From Octopus bimaculoides (Eukaryota), in contig NC_068981.1 of NCBI RefSeq assembly GCF_001194135.2, positions 98,214,061 to 98,270,383 of the forward strand: a DNA stretch of 56,323 nucleotides. The letters are read 5' to 3'. This document shows positions 37,176 through 50,077 of the stretch, piece after piece (within the stretch, counting starts at the first letter, position 1; each line of letters opens with the position of its first letter). The notes beneath the pieces are model-generated. The model searched no databases. It was not told the origin of the DNA and worked only from the letters and a program-made list of their open reading frames with translations. The translations under genes and the position numbers were made by a program.

Positions 37176-39510
37176 AGAGTCAATGTTGAATTCTGCAACT
37201 CTGTTAACTCTATTAAGTACGTTTGCAAATATATAAACAAAAGTTTAGATGCTGCAACAGACACACTTTGCAGAATGGCAGTCAGCAGATGAATAAGAAT
37301 GATGAAGTTGCACAGTATGACAGAGGAAGATACATCAGTACCAATGAGGCTTTTTGGTGCATCTTCAATTTTCCCATTCATAAGAGGCACCCAGCCATCA
37401 TTCATCTGAGTGTCCATCTAGAGAATGGTCACAGGGTTATCTTTACAAAACAAACAGCTTTGGAACAAGCACTTTCTCCAAAAGAAACTACCCTTACTGC
37501 CTTTTTTAAGTTGTGTCAAGTAGATGAAGATGCAAGAAAACTCCTTTACCTACAATTACCCAAGTATTACACCTGGGGAAACAATAAATGACACAAGGGG
37601 AAACATGAGGCTGACACTCTTGCAAGAGTTTTACAGTGTCCACCCAAGCCAAGCAGAATACTACTACTTACAGCTCCTTTTGCATAAAGTACGTGGTCCC
37701 AAATCATTCCAAGATTCGAGGAGGGTAAATGGTCATGTGTGTGAAACTTATAGGGAAGCATGTTATCAACAAGGTTTTTTAGAAAATGATGAGCATTGGG
37801 ATCTAGCATTAACTGAAGCAACAGTATCAGATTCTCCAAAGAAACTCCGTAACCTTTTTGCAATTATACTGAACATGTCAACTTGGCAGTCCCTTACAGC
37901 TTCGGATGGAACATTGTGAGGATATGACTGAGGACTTAAATTATGCAGTTCAACAGTCGAACCCAGAGATCAATATTCAGTTCTTTGAAACAATTTTCAA
38001 CCAAGCACTTGAGGATCAAGTTTTGGCCATGGGAGGCAAAAATTTGCAAAAGTCTGACTCTGGACTGTCAAAAACAAACCGTCAAATTAGTGATTTAACT
38101 TCAAGAGACATAGCAAGAGAGACAAATTATGACATCACAGACTTGGTTGCATTTGTGAACAAACATGAACCTAAACTTCTTCCAGGACAATGCTGTGCAC
38201 ATGATAAAATTATTTCGTCAGTCAGAGAAAAAAAGCAGAGGAATTTTCTTTCTTGATGCTCCTGGTGGCACAGGTAAGATATTTGTAACAACATTGCTTC
38301 TCTTCAAAGTAAGGCATCAAAAAAGAATTGCAGTTGTAGCATTGTCTGGCATTGTTGCCACCTTTCTCCCAGGAGGACAAACAGCTCATTCTGCTTTTAA
38401 ATTAATGCTAAACCTGGTCACAAACGACAGTCCAATTTGTAACATATGCAAAGGTTCAGGTTCAGCAGAAGTGTTGTGCCAATGCCACCTGATCATTTGG
38501 GATGAATGCACCATGTCACATAGAGATGTGATGGAAGCTCTTGATAAGACAAGACATAAGAGGCAATAATAAATCTATGGGAGGAGTTACATTAGTTTTA
38601 TCAGGAGACTTCAGACAGATATTACCAGTCATTCAGAGATGAACAAAATCTGATGAAATAAAAGTATGCATTAAGTCTTCATACCTGTGGAATAAAGTAC
38701 AGAAATTCTCCTTCAATACTAACGTGCGAGCTTTATTACATGGGGACCAATGTGCAGAACAGTTTTCAACTTGGCTCCTCCAATTAGGAAATGAGAAAGT
38801 ACCATTTGATAGGAATGGTGATATCAATTTGGTTCATATTCTTATCATGGTGAATTCCCCAGCTGAATTGAAGAACAGGGTATTTCCAGACTTAAGTAAT
38901 AATTGTAATTCACATAAATGGTTGTGTGAAAGGGCAATTCTTGCTCCAAAAAATGAGACAGTAGCAAGGATTAACCATGAATTAATGAATAAGATTTTAA
39001 CAGTCATTAAGGAGTATAAATCAGTTGATTAAGTAGCTGTCCATTACCTAACAGGGTTCCTTAATTCTCTTGAGCCACTTGGAACTCCTCCACATAAACT
39101 TTTTCTGAAGGTAGGAGTCTTAATAATGCATGTAAGAAATTTAGATCCTCCGAAATTATGCAATGGGACAAGATTGATTGTGAAGACATTATCACCTAAA
39201 GTGATAGAAGCTACCATCATCATTGGATATGCCTCTGAGAAAGAGGTTTTCATTCCAAAAATTCCAATCAAACCAACAGACATGCCATTTGAGTTCAAAA
39301 GAACACAATTCTCAGTGTGACTTTGCTTCGCAATGTCTATTAGTAAAGCTCAAGGTCAAACTTTGAAATTTACTGGCTTGCACTTAAGTGAGCCTTGCTT
39401 TTCTCACGGTCAATTTTATGTTAGTCGCTCCAGGGTTGGTAGTTTACAAAACTTATTTGTCTATGCTCCAAACCAGAAAACAAAGAATGTTCTTTATCCA
39501 GAACATAGGT
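37176..39510 (+). pseudogene. Helitron Rep C-terminus plus PIF1-family helicase pseudogene
   Basis: VNVEFCNSVNSIKYVCKYINK (Rep Tyr motif), RYISTNEAFW, TTLTAFF, FFLDAPGGTGK (Walker A), SGIVATFLPGGQTAHS, IIWDECTM (Walker B), GDFRQILPV, RAILAPKN, NLDPPKLCNGTRL, FAMSISKAQGQT, CFSHGQFYV. Many frameshifts and stops. Confidence 0.95.
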
Positions 39511-40199
39511 GATAGAATTTATTTCCCTTCATAAAAGTGGTAAATTTTGTATTTTCGTTCTTTTTTTGTTTTTGTTTTTTTTTTGTTTTTTGTATAATGA
39601 AATAATTTATTAGAATAAATCAATTGTATCCCAATTGAAGAATAAATTAAATTTAGAATAGCAAATTTCTACACAACATATTTTGCTTTTTTATTCCAAC
39701 ATATAAGGAACAATTTCATTCCTGGGCAACGCCAGGTGCCTCTGCTAGTATACTATATATAAGAGGTATAAAAAGATATATGTTAAATTCAATATTACAT
39801 TATTAAGTTCAACAATAGGAATAACTGACTAATCCAACATATGAAGATAACTGCTCTTCCATCTTACACCATCCCCACTCACCAAGAAAGGTCTGTTGCT
39901 ATTGGAACATATTTTCTGCATCTGAACTCCTATGAAGGAAAAGTGATGTGTATTTTTCAGCTTGGTAGACTAAAGAAAGTTATGTAAATTGTTTAACTTT
40001 AGCTTCAGTAAAGTTTAAACTTCCAATTCACCAATACTTTCATGACCATGTATTTCAAACAAGAATAGACTACCTATAGTTTAATTAAATCCAAAATTAT
40101 TGACAGTTCATAAATATTCCATAAAATTAGAAAGCTATATTATTTATTTGCATATAGGTTTGGAACACAACTGCTTACCCTCTATTGAAATTTCTTTTC

Positions 40200-40234
40200 A
40201 CACACACACACACACACACACATGCATGCGCACG

Positions 40235-40328
<94 letters not shown>
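40200..40328. repeat. (CA)n facing a long (TG)n
   Basis: Directly visible. Confidence 0.95.
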
Positions 40329-40329
<1 letters not shown>

Positions 40330-42539
40330 ATGTGTACACAACCCATGCCAGCATGGAAAACAGATGTTAAATGATGATGAAGATGATAATGACACACACT
40401 ATTAAGAGGTTTGTATTAGTTAGGATATCCAGCTGAAAAAAACCTTGCTTAAGCAGACATTCAAGCCTAACACAGCCCCCTGACTAAGTTGGATCCTATC
40501 AAATTGTCCAATCTATACCAGCATGCAATACAGACATTAGATGATGATGATAATAATATAATAACATTTTCAACTAAGATTTTACTTGAAATATTTAAAA
40601 AATGTAATAGACTACTTTGATTAGCAAATGAGCACTGAAAGAAATGAATCTCTGGACTAATAATATTCAAAGAAGAATTAAAGTAATCTCAATTATAAAA
40701 GAAAAAGTAACTTCGTTAAAGCTATCTTAACTCCAGAGACTATATTCTTTTGAGCTTTTCACATCATATTAAACCAGACAGTGCCATTATATCAGATACC
40801 GACTATACAAGACCTAAACTATACTGATTAGTCATATAACAATAGCTATTTGGTTATGGTGTTTGACAAATAATTAACAGAAAACTAAACATATTTCAAA
40901 AAGAAAAACCTACATTTGGAGAGCAATAAACAAGAGACAGATATTGGCAAACATCAACTATGCTGAAGGCAATTCAGTATATGGAAAATGATGCATCATG
41001 GGAAAAGATTGCATTCTTTGGTGCAGCATTAAATTACATGACAGCAACTTCTACAAAATCACATCATACAAGACAAGAAACTAATAGGCAGAACACATGC
41101 ACAATCTTAATATCAGCAGAAGACATAGTAATAATGTTAAACCAAAAATATAAAATGAGGAAACCGATTTCAAAAGGATGAAGCAAATACAAAATTGGGG
41201 CTTGAAATGAGTTGCAGTATCATAGCATGTAGCTAGCCTATTGAGATTATCTCACAAATATGGTAGACAATAGAATTATATTAGACGATATGAAGACTAT
41301 AATAGTTCAGTCTCAAGAGCCTAGATTTATTAATGTAGATTTTGTTATGTTGAGAAGATGCCATCACTACAAACAGACAGATTTAGGGCTTTTTCAGCAC
41401 TTGATTGCAAGTAAAAAAGGATCCACAGATGCTAGGAATTTAAAAGACATGAATAATAAAATATGTCAAAAATCAGAAGGAATATTATGGGGAACATCAT
41501 TGGAAAGCATAAATATTTACATAAAGCTATTAGCTACTGTTTTGATATCATTCATTTTAACCAAATAGTTGTAAGATAGTTTTGTTGAAAAATGAGGTAG
41601 AGCAACAAGATAACTTGTGATCAGAATTTAAGGAGGTTATATTCATATCAAATCATTAAATACATATATACACAATCTCTGAAAAAAAGTTGTATAGAAC
41701 TCAAATTCCAGACAAGATATATTTAATATAAATAAGTTCCAGAAAAGATAATTAAAAAAAAACATCACTGAATATAATTATAATTATATATAATATATAA
41801 TTATTGAAATAACAGTAAAAAATGTTATTGGCAGTTAATTGAATCATTTATTCCTATACAATCTATACAAATTGAATTATTAAAACATGAAGCAAATGAT
41901 AGACAGAGCTATGCTACATATGACATTAAAATACAGGAAAGTCTCTATACAGTCATTCAACTTGCTAGAAATAGGAACCAAATATTCCTCAAATCACACC
42001 CCACTAACTGAAATAAAGAAGACATAAGGTAATGTTGTTCTAAATATGTGTCTAAAAAGATGGTAAGATCATGGCTGGAATACTTCTGATCATAGTTCTG
42101 CTTGATCAGGTTTGATTTGAAGCTAAATAACAATAACTGAAGAGCATAAATAGGTTTAACCTTTTCGCATTCAGATTACTCTGTCAAATGTGATACTCGT
42201 TTATTCACATTGTTTTGAATTAATCATACCTTACCTCGTAGCTTTGAGATTTCGATGATGTGATTGCTTATTTTTTAGTATGATATTGTAGGATATTGTA
42301 TGATATTGTAGGATAGGGAAAGGCTGGATCAGGCCAGTTTGAAAATAAAACAGGTAGAATATTCGGGTCAGATATGGCCAAAGAAAGGGACAGCAAACCG
42401 CTTAACTTACCCAAAATTAATAATAGAAGTAACAGAAGTGATACAACTCCACATGATCACTAAGAGGGACTTTTCAAAGTTAACAACATTGTCATCACAG
42501 AGTTAGTTCTAAAATTTCCTTAACAACTGATAGTCTTAC

Positions 42540-42572
<33 letters not shown>

Positions 42573-44688
42573 GGTTCAAAAGAAAACTATGAGAAGGGAA
42601 AGGGTTTAATCATAGTAATTGATATATAAATAGAAGCACAAGAGTTATACAGAAAAGAAAAAATTATATACTAAAACATGTACAAAGAAAATTATACATG
42701 GTTGCATGAAGTGTCTGGTTGTGCATTTTCGAAGTTTAACATATTCCATCCCAATGATTGATACAGATTAGATATATGTAAAGCATATGCCTATTTCAGT
42801 ATTAAACTATACAATCAAGTAGAATCAAGCAAGTAATCAGTACTGTAAAGGTTAGATTTCTTCAGAAGATTTAGCTACAATAAGGTAATGATGCTTTTAG
42901 GAAATATAATTAGATATAATTGTCAGCAACAAGTATGTGGTGGAGATTTCTTCAATATGAATATGGTTCATGGAAATAGAGCACAGTTCCAAGGTTAGCT
43001 CGGCTGTACTCTAGGAAGTGGCTAAGATTACCTTTCATAAAATGATAGCATGAAATGCTAAAGCTAAAGAGTCATTCAATTTGCTGAATTAAATCAGAGA
43101 AGGTCATTGATTAAATTAATATATTTGAAAGAATGCCACATTGAAGGATAAAATACATTTTCAATGGAAAAGATTGAAGAACTTCGGTAGAATAGAAACA
43201 AATTCAAAGAGAAGCTGGATTGCTTGCCAGGAAATCATTAAAGCTACTTTAAAAAGAAATAGGGGGGCTTGGGCAGAACTCAGAAGCTAAAAATATAACA
43301 GAACAAAAATTGATATAGATATCTAGAGTAGATTAATACTATGGCACATAATGTAAGATACAGGCTGACATGGCTGTATGGTTAAGAAGCTTACTTCCCA
43401 ACCATGTGGTCAAAGGTTCAGTCTCACTGTGAGATCTTCTACCATAAACCCAGACTGATGAAAGCATTGTGAATGGATTTAGTAGATGGGAACTGATAAA
43501 GCAATTGTATATGTGTGTAATTAATGTATACCGCTGTCTAGATATCATGTGATGATTGTAAATGAGCATTACTGTCATACTAGTGGGGTTGTTCAGTTCC
43601 AATTTTCCATGAAAAACATATCTGGTTACAGGAAAATATTACCTTGCATGAAAACAGGTGAGGTTTAGCAACAGGATGGGCATTTGGCCATAGAAAATCT
43701 GCCTCAACAAGTTCCATCAGACCCATGACAAAATATAAAAACAGAATCGACTGTCAGACACTAATGAGATCTCAACACTAAACATAAGGATATATAATGA
43801 TATATCACAAGTTTCTTTCTTGTCACACCCTCAACTCTATAGTAACAATAATAACTACTATTAAATTAATAAGAGTTTATACATTGATCTGAAGCTGGAT
43901 TTCATCATGTCATTCATTTGTTTTGTCTTTCATATTTTCATTCTTTACAATGCCAAAATGGATCTTGAAAAAAAAACAGGCTGATGAACTTAGACTAAAC
44001 AGAACCATGTACAAATAAAATAAACAATGTACTGAGTGAGTATATAAGTGAAGGTGTATCTAAACAGTGTGTAGCTAGCAGGTAGGTTGCTTTTCATCGA
44101 ATATAAAACTACAATAGCAGCATTACTAAGATATTGTATAAAAGGAAACCACCACAGACTAGAAGGTAAGCTGGTGGGGAGTTGCATCTGTTTTATGAAT
44201 TCATGAAACAGATTCTACTTACCACAAACTTTCAAAATGTTGCAATGTATTTCACTATGTAAAATTTTTAAGAAAAGATCTTGTGAACAGCTTGATCCTT
44301 AACAACATGCTGTTTTACCCTTGTTTCAATCTGGCGGGGTATTTATTCCTAGTCACAACAAGGAAAAAAAATAATAGCCAACATACATATTGCTGCTACT
44401 CAGAACATGTTATGACTATCACTACATTACTATAATGAACAGCAGTAGCAGCGTCATGGGTTGTGAATTGAGACAAATGATAGCACACAAGACTGACATA
44501 CTATAGAATTTAATTAGCTGTTGAAGTTTCTGTATTCATATGCTACTAGGTTCGATAAAATAAATACCAGTAAAATAGTAAGGGTAAATGCATTCTCAAG
44601 TAACCCACTCTTATAGTAATGTCCTTATTTATGCCTAATTAAAAGAAATCAATTTGTTATTGTTATCATTATCATCATCATTATTATT

Positions 44689-45376
44689 AAGGCAGCGAGC
44701 TGGCAGAATCATTAGCATACCAGGCAATATGCTTAGTGGCATTTTGTCCATCCTTATGTTCTGAGTTCAAATTCTGCCAAGGTCGACTTTCGTTCTTTCA
44801 GGATCAATAAATTAAGTACCAGTGAAACACTGGGGTTGATGTAATCGACTAGTCCCCTCTCGCCAAAATTTCAGGTCTTGTGCCTTTAGTAGAAAGGATT
44901 ATCATTATTATTATTAAGATGGCAAGCTAGCAGAATTGTTAGCACACCAGACAAAATACTTGGCAGCATTTCATCCTTCTTTATGTTCTCAGTCCAAATT
45001 CCACCGAGGTCAACTTCACCTTTCATCCTTTTAGGGGTCGATAAAATAAGTATCAATTGAACACTGGGGCCAATGTAACTGACTTACCCCCTCCCCAAAC
45101 TTGCTGGCCTTGTGCCAAATTTGAAATTATTATAATTATTATTACGCTTAGAAACATTTTTTTAATCACTTCATTATACGTAAACTCCCATATTTTATGT
45201 CTGTTTTTGTAGTGTCCCTCTCACCCTTCATCCTGGTAGCAAATAAAAGCAATTATTACTATTATTATTATTATCACTATTAGGGCAGCAAGCTGGTAGA
45301 ATCATTAGTACACTGGACGAAATGCTTAGTGGTATTTCACTCTTTGCTACATTCTGAGTTCAAATTCTTTTGAGGT
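44689..45376 (+). mobile_element. Array of Family A SINEs (44689-44915, 44916-45143, 5' part 45282-45376)
   Basis: Each copy starts right after an (ATT)n tract. Confidence 0.85.
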
Positions 45377-46988
45377 GCTCAGTTATTCTTCAATATTGTG
45401 TGCATGAATCTGACGGATCTCCTCAAAGAATTTTAGTCATTTTACCTCAAACGAACCCTTCCTCTTCCTTCAGAGTTTTGATTAATTTCCAAATATTCAA
45501 ATGTGCTCCACCCATCGAATGCTTTATCACAGAATGAAACCCCTCAGCATTATTATTTGTTTTGGGAAGCTCTTGAAGAATATGCTGATTAACATTCCAT
45601 ACAGCTATCGGGAATGTAGGTGGTTCTCTCCTTTGTCTAGCACCATGTCCTCTCACAACACCTATGTAAATCAAGTCAAACTAAGCGATGAATTCAGCAG
45701 GTATTTCTTCATCGTCTATTAATTCTTCATAGGCCTCTTTCACACCTCCAACAGGTAGGCAGGCTAATACTGAAAAACACCGAATTTTACGACAGAATTC
45801 AGAGTCTTTATTGTATTTTTCTTTGAGGCTTAAACCTGTAATTTTTCGAAATACTGATTGGCTCAAATGAAACAAACATGCCACGATAGATGAATTAAGG
45901 AATGATGAATTAAATGCCTCATGAACTGCAACTTCGAAATTTGCCATGCAATCAAGTGGATATGCATTAGGTTGCATAATTTTCAATTGCCTGAAAACTA
46001 ATTTGTATGTCTGCTTCGTTTTATTCAGCAGTAATGCTAATACCTGTGGAAAACTGCTACCTTTAACTTGCACATGAATGCTAAACAGTTGAATCCACTG
46101 TTCTGGCACAATTTTGAACATTCCATCACATGTCCAATGACGATATGATGCGATATCCTGAAGGGCACTTTCTGATGCAAATACCAATATGCAGTTGATC
46201 CTCGATACCCAAACCATATCTCAGAAACTGTTCACCATAATCAAGTTTACAATATTCTTCAGGTATTTCAAAACCGATTCTAGCTCCTGAATTAGTGGGA
46301 AATCCAGAACTTTTTTGTCAGCACCTCTGAATAATCCTTGAAAATACAGGCAAACGAGAAAGTTGAGAGTAAGTATTTTCTGTTAGCTGTGTAAACTTGC
46401 TGTTGTTTTCCACCACTTCATGCTTATTTATTCAACTGCTTTTCTAGCATTTAATGAATCTACATCAGTTGGATGAAGGTGCTCACTAGAAAACTAAATA
46501 ATTTTTGGCTCATTGTTTTCCATTACTGTGTGAATTCACACTGGACACAACCTTCTTTTCTCACATCTCCAGTATTCTTTTCCTAGTTTTGTATAGCTCG
46601 AATGAAAATCATAGATGTAACTGCTTTCATCAACTACTTTTCATTTTTGTTTTTAGTCAATACTATGAACTTTGTCATTTCGGGATGGGTAAATTAAAAA
46701 TGTGTACACTAAATTTGCAGCACTCTCTACACACAGCACCATATTTAAGAGAGAGAAGAAAAAAGAGAAAGTAAAACTGTTCACACTGAAGGAAAAAGAA
46801 CAATAACAATCCTATAAAGCAGCTTGTCAAAGTTCTGTGAATATATCATTAGAGATATTACACTTTGTTTTCTAAAGAGTTAATTTAAAATTGGACAAAA
46901 AGAATCATCAACAAAAAGATGTCGGATCAAAAGACATGGACGAAAAGATGCTTGACAAAGTGATGTTAGACGAAAAGACATAGCACCC
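45377..46988 (-). mobile_element. Mutator-like (MULE) transposon with FLYWCH zinc finger, 3' end lost
   Basis: Terminus GGGTGCTATGTCTTTTCGTC at 46988 with internal ..CTTTTCGTC..-like subrepeats (46890-46988); transposase relic downstream. Confidence 0.88.
45447..46678 (-). pseudogene. MULE transposase pseudogene (FLYWCH + DDE)
   Basis: YIYDFH...YWRCEKRRLCPV*IHT...EHLHP (FLYWCH-like); WTCDGMFKIVP..WIQLFSIH; CMANFE; CLFHLSQ; WNV...KTNNNAEGFH. Stops and frameshifts. Confidence 0.92.
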
Positions 46989-48789
46989 ACTGGTTAACTA
47001 GCCCCTCACCAAAAAAATTCAGACCACATACTTATAGCAGTAAGAATTATCATCATCACCGTTATTATTTTATTGGTGTTATGGCTAAGGGCAATGGACT
47101 GCCAGACTCAGTTGAGCATCAAACAAAATGCCTTGTATTTATTCTGGTTCTTCCCATTCACTGAGGATACCCTCTTTTTTTCTTTCTTTCATCTTAGAGG
47201 CCATGTGAAAGATCAGTCTTCCTACCTGACTAAAAGATGAAAAAAAAAATTCAAAGTTCAAATTCCACTGAGGTCAGCTTCACATTTCATCCTTCCGGAG
47301 TTAACAAAGTAAAGGACCAGCCAAGTACTAGTGCTCCTCCCTACTCAAAAATTGCTGGCCTTGTGCCTAAATCATAACTTATTAGTGTTACTAATACTAC
47401 TATTACTTTCACCACTACCATTATCACTTCCATTATCTTGATTATCACCAACATTGTTCTTCTTCTTATTATTATTATTATCATTTTCTGAGTTCAAATT
47501 TCGCCAGTCAACTTTGCCTTTCATCCTTTCAGGGTCAATAAATTTAAGTACCAGCAAAACACTGAAGACGATATAATCAACTTATCCCCTTCCCCCAAAA
47601 TGGCTACCCTTGTGGATGTTAAAACAATGATGATTATGATCACATAACTGTTCTGTTTTCTCAACCAGCCAGCCAACCTGCAGCTGTTTCAATTCTCAGC
47701 GATGTCACAAGTTCCCTTAGGAAATGTGCAAATACCAAAGTTTGTAATTCAAATAAAACTAAAAATTCTGCAACAAATATCATCATTGCCATCATTCTTA
47801 CAGAAGTGACACAAACACACTAACTCTCTCTCTCTCATCAAATTGCCACAGCCAACATACACACACACAAACACACTAACCAAAGAGCAAAGGCTAACGA
47901 ATATACAATAACCAAACAAACAAAGCTAATACACACATACACACACACAATAAACAAACAACTCTCGAGAATACACATGAAACCAAACCACCTACAACTA
48001 CCACCACAAAACAGTCAACAAAAGGAAGACAGGTACACACACACAGCAGTGGCTCACAGCACTAAAAGTGCAAAAGTAGCTGAACACAAATGTATTTCTA
48101 TATACATACACTTGTACATTTACATAAGACAGGTAGTTTTTTATGTGCTTGATTATCATGCAAGAGATAGCAACTAAATCATGATTAAGTCACACCTTAC
48201 ATCTTAGGAAAAGAGACATTAGTTAATGTGACTGTAGGATCCATAACAAAAAAAGATGGGATGGTCATGACCGAAACCCCTTCAACAGTTTGCTCATTAA
48301 GTACTCACCTAGGGTTAAACAACAATAACAAGACCAACTAGACATTCAGTTATCTGTGACAGGACAATAATGATAATCTAGTGTATATTTAGTTAGTACC
48401 TATTTAGTGAGAACAACAACAATTTTTGCAAACAAGTCCACCACACAACCAACTTTATAACTCAACAACATTAAAATTTCGCTTTAGTTACGTCAAAAGG
48501 CTTTTACAATAGTTTCAAGTACTTAGTTTTACAAATAATGAACAGACAGGTATGTATATACATACAGGATGGCACACACAAAAATAGCCTGGGTTCTGTA
48601 GCATAGTTTAAATACAGAAATAAATTTACACACATGAAAAAGCAACCAGGCCTTTTATTTGCAAGTGTCAGTGTGTCATTTCAACTGAAAAAATAGACTT
48701 TTAATTGCTGTACACATGTAAAATGATATGGCTTCAACTTTAGACTTTTCAACACCCTTTAACATGATCTCCTGCTTATGTGAGACTGC

Positions 48790-49284
48790 TCAACCAATAT
48801 ACATGTAACCTCTTTGGACTTCAAGTAATCCTTTGGTGAATGCCCTGAATATAACTTCCAGTGTTCAAACTGTAGGGTCCTGCTTGTTTGGGGGCATTGT
48901 GCACTTCTTAACAAACATTCGTATCATTCTCTTTGCTGGTAAGCCTTTACCTGAAAACTTGACTTCAAAAATTTCACGCATTTGCTTAACAGAACCTGCT
49001 CTTACATACACTTCCACAATCTCCACTCTTTCCGCTATTAAGTACATCATCTTGCAGAAAAGGCTAGAGATGTCCCTTCATTGCAATCTTGCAATCAACT
49101 AATGCAGTGAGGATAAGATAGCAGATAGTCAAGTAGTGCTCCATCCTTGTTCAGTAGTGACAAGCAGTTGAAATAACATAAGGACACTTGCAAACAAAAG
49201 GCTGGGTGCTTTTGCGTGTGTAAATTTATTTCTGCAGTTACACTATGCTAGGGAACTTAAGCTACTTTTCTATGAACCACCTTG
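48790..49284 (-). mobile_element. Tc1/mariner-superfamily 5' fragment with DUF4817-like HTH
   Basis: Terminus TA|CAAGGTGGTTCATAGAAAAGTAGC; ORF 49050-48865 MYLIAERVEIVEVYVRAGSVKQMREIFEVKFSGKGLPAKRMIRMFVKK. Confidence 0.75.
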
Positions 49285-49444
49285 TATTTTCACATATTGA
49301 TTATTAACTACTTGATCAGATTTACCGAGCACTAGTCAAATCAACACACTATCACCTGTTTTACTCTACAACAGTGACCTACTATTCAGATAAAAGAAAA
49401 TAGGAGAGAAAAGGGGTATGTTGGGGGTGGGGATAAGAACATAG

Positions 49445-49625
49445 TCAACTGAATTGGGTTTGCAGCTGATGCAGCAAGGTTGGAGCTGGATAACATGCTG
49501 CTGCACGTTGTGTCCTAGTCTAGGGCTCTGCCTCCTTCAAATGGGAAGAGGGTAATTCCATCAGTGCACTTACCATTCCTATGGTTGAGACCTACTAGCT
49601 CCAGTTGAGACAGGAGGCCAACCAC
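49445..49625 (-). mobile_element. CRE-like non-LTR retrotransposon fragment, restriction-like endonuclease domain
   Basis: One frame: VGLLSQLELVGLNHRNGKCTDGITLFPFEGGRALD*DTTCSSMLSSSNLAASAANP, matching LEP.GL.R.DGKRPDG.TL.P...G..L.WD.TC. Confidence 0.7.
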
Positions 49626-50040
49626 ATCATCATCATCATCATTTAATGTCCATCTTCAAGGATATAATTCTAGTTTCTTTAGGATGCAGGCATGGCTGTG
49701 TGGTAAGAAGCTTGCCTCACTACCACATGGTTCCAGGTTCAGTCCCACTGTGTGGCACCTTGGGCAAGTGTCTTCTACTATAAACCTTGTGCTTTGACCA
49801 AACTCGACTGTCAGTCAATAAATTTTGAAATCTGATGATTACTACAAACGTATGAAAGTGCTAATTGAACTTTATGAACACTATAAAATATTTTTTTAAT
49901 ATTTAACATACTTCAACATTATAAAAGAATTTTTTAAAAATGCAATAATAAAAAACATGAAAACCAGACCATATTGTAACTTTATTCAACTGATATATTA
50001 TTCTATACACATTTACACAAATTCGGGAATATATATATAT

Positions 50041-50077
<37 letters not shown>

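Larger units (their letters stand above)
35934..39748 (+). mobile_element. Helitron (RepHel) relic, ~3.8 kb
   Basis: A|TC 5' end at 35934 (or 35939); 3' hairpin CCTGGGCAACGCCAGG (39721-39736); CTAG|T at 39745-39749; Rep/PIF1 coding relic inside. Confidence 0.92.

Noticed and set aside
43980-44010. Other CTGATGA hits (~43455, ~43981, ~53187, and minus-strand hits)
   Set aside because: No downstream stem II + GAAA + stem I pairing; not hammerheads.
44689-45376. Regularly repeated units superficially like a CRISPR or satellite array
   Set aside because: Units are ~210-bp diverged SINE copies also dispersed elsewhere; eukaryotic context, no spacers or cas genes.
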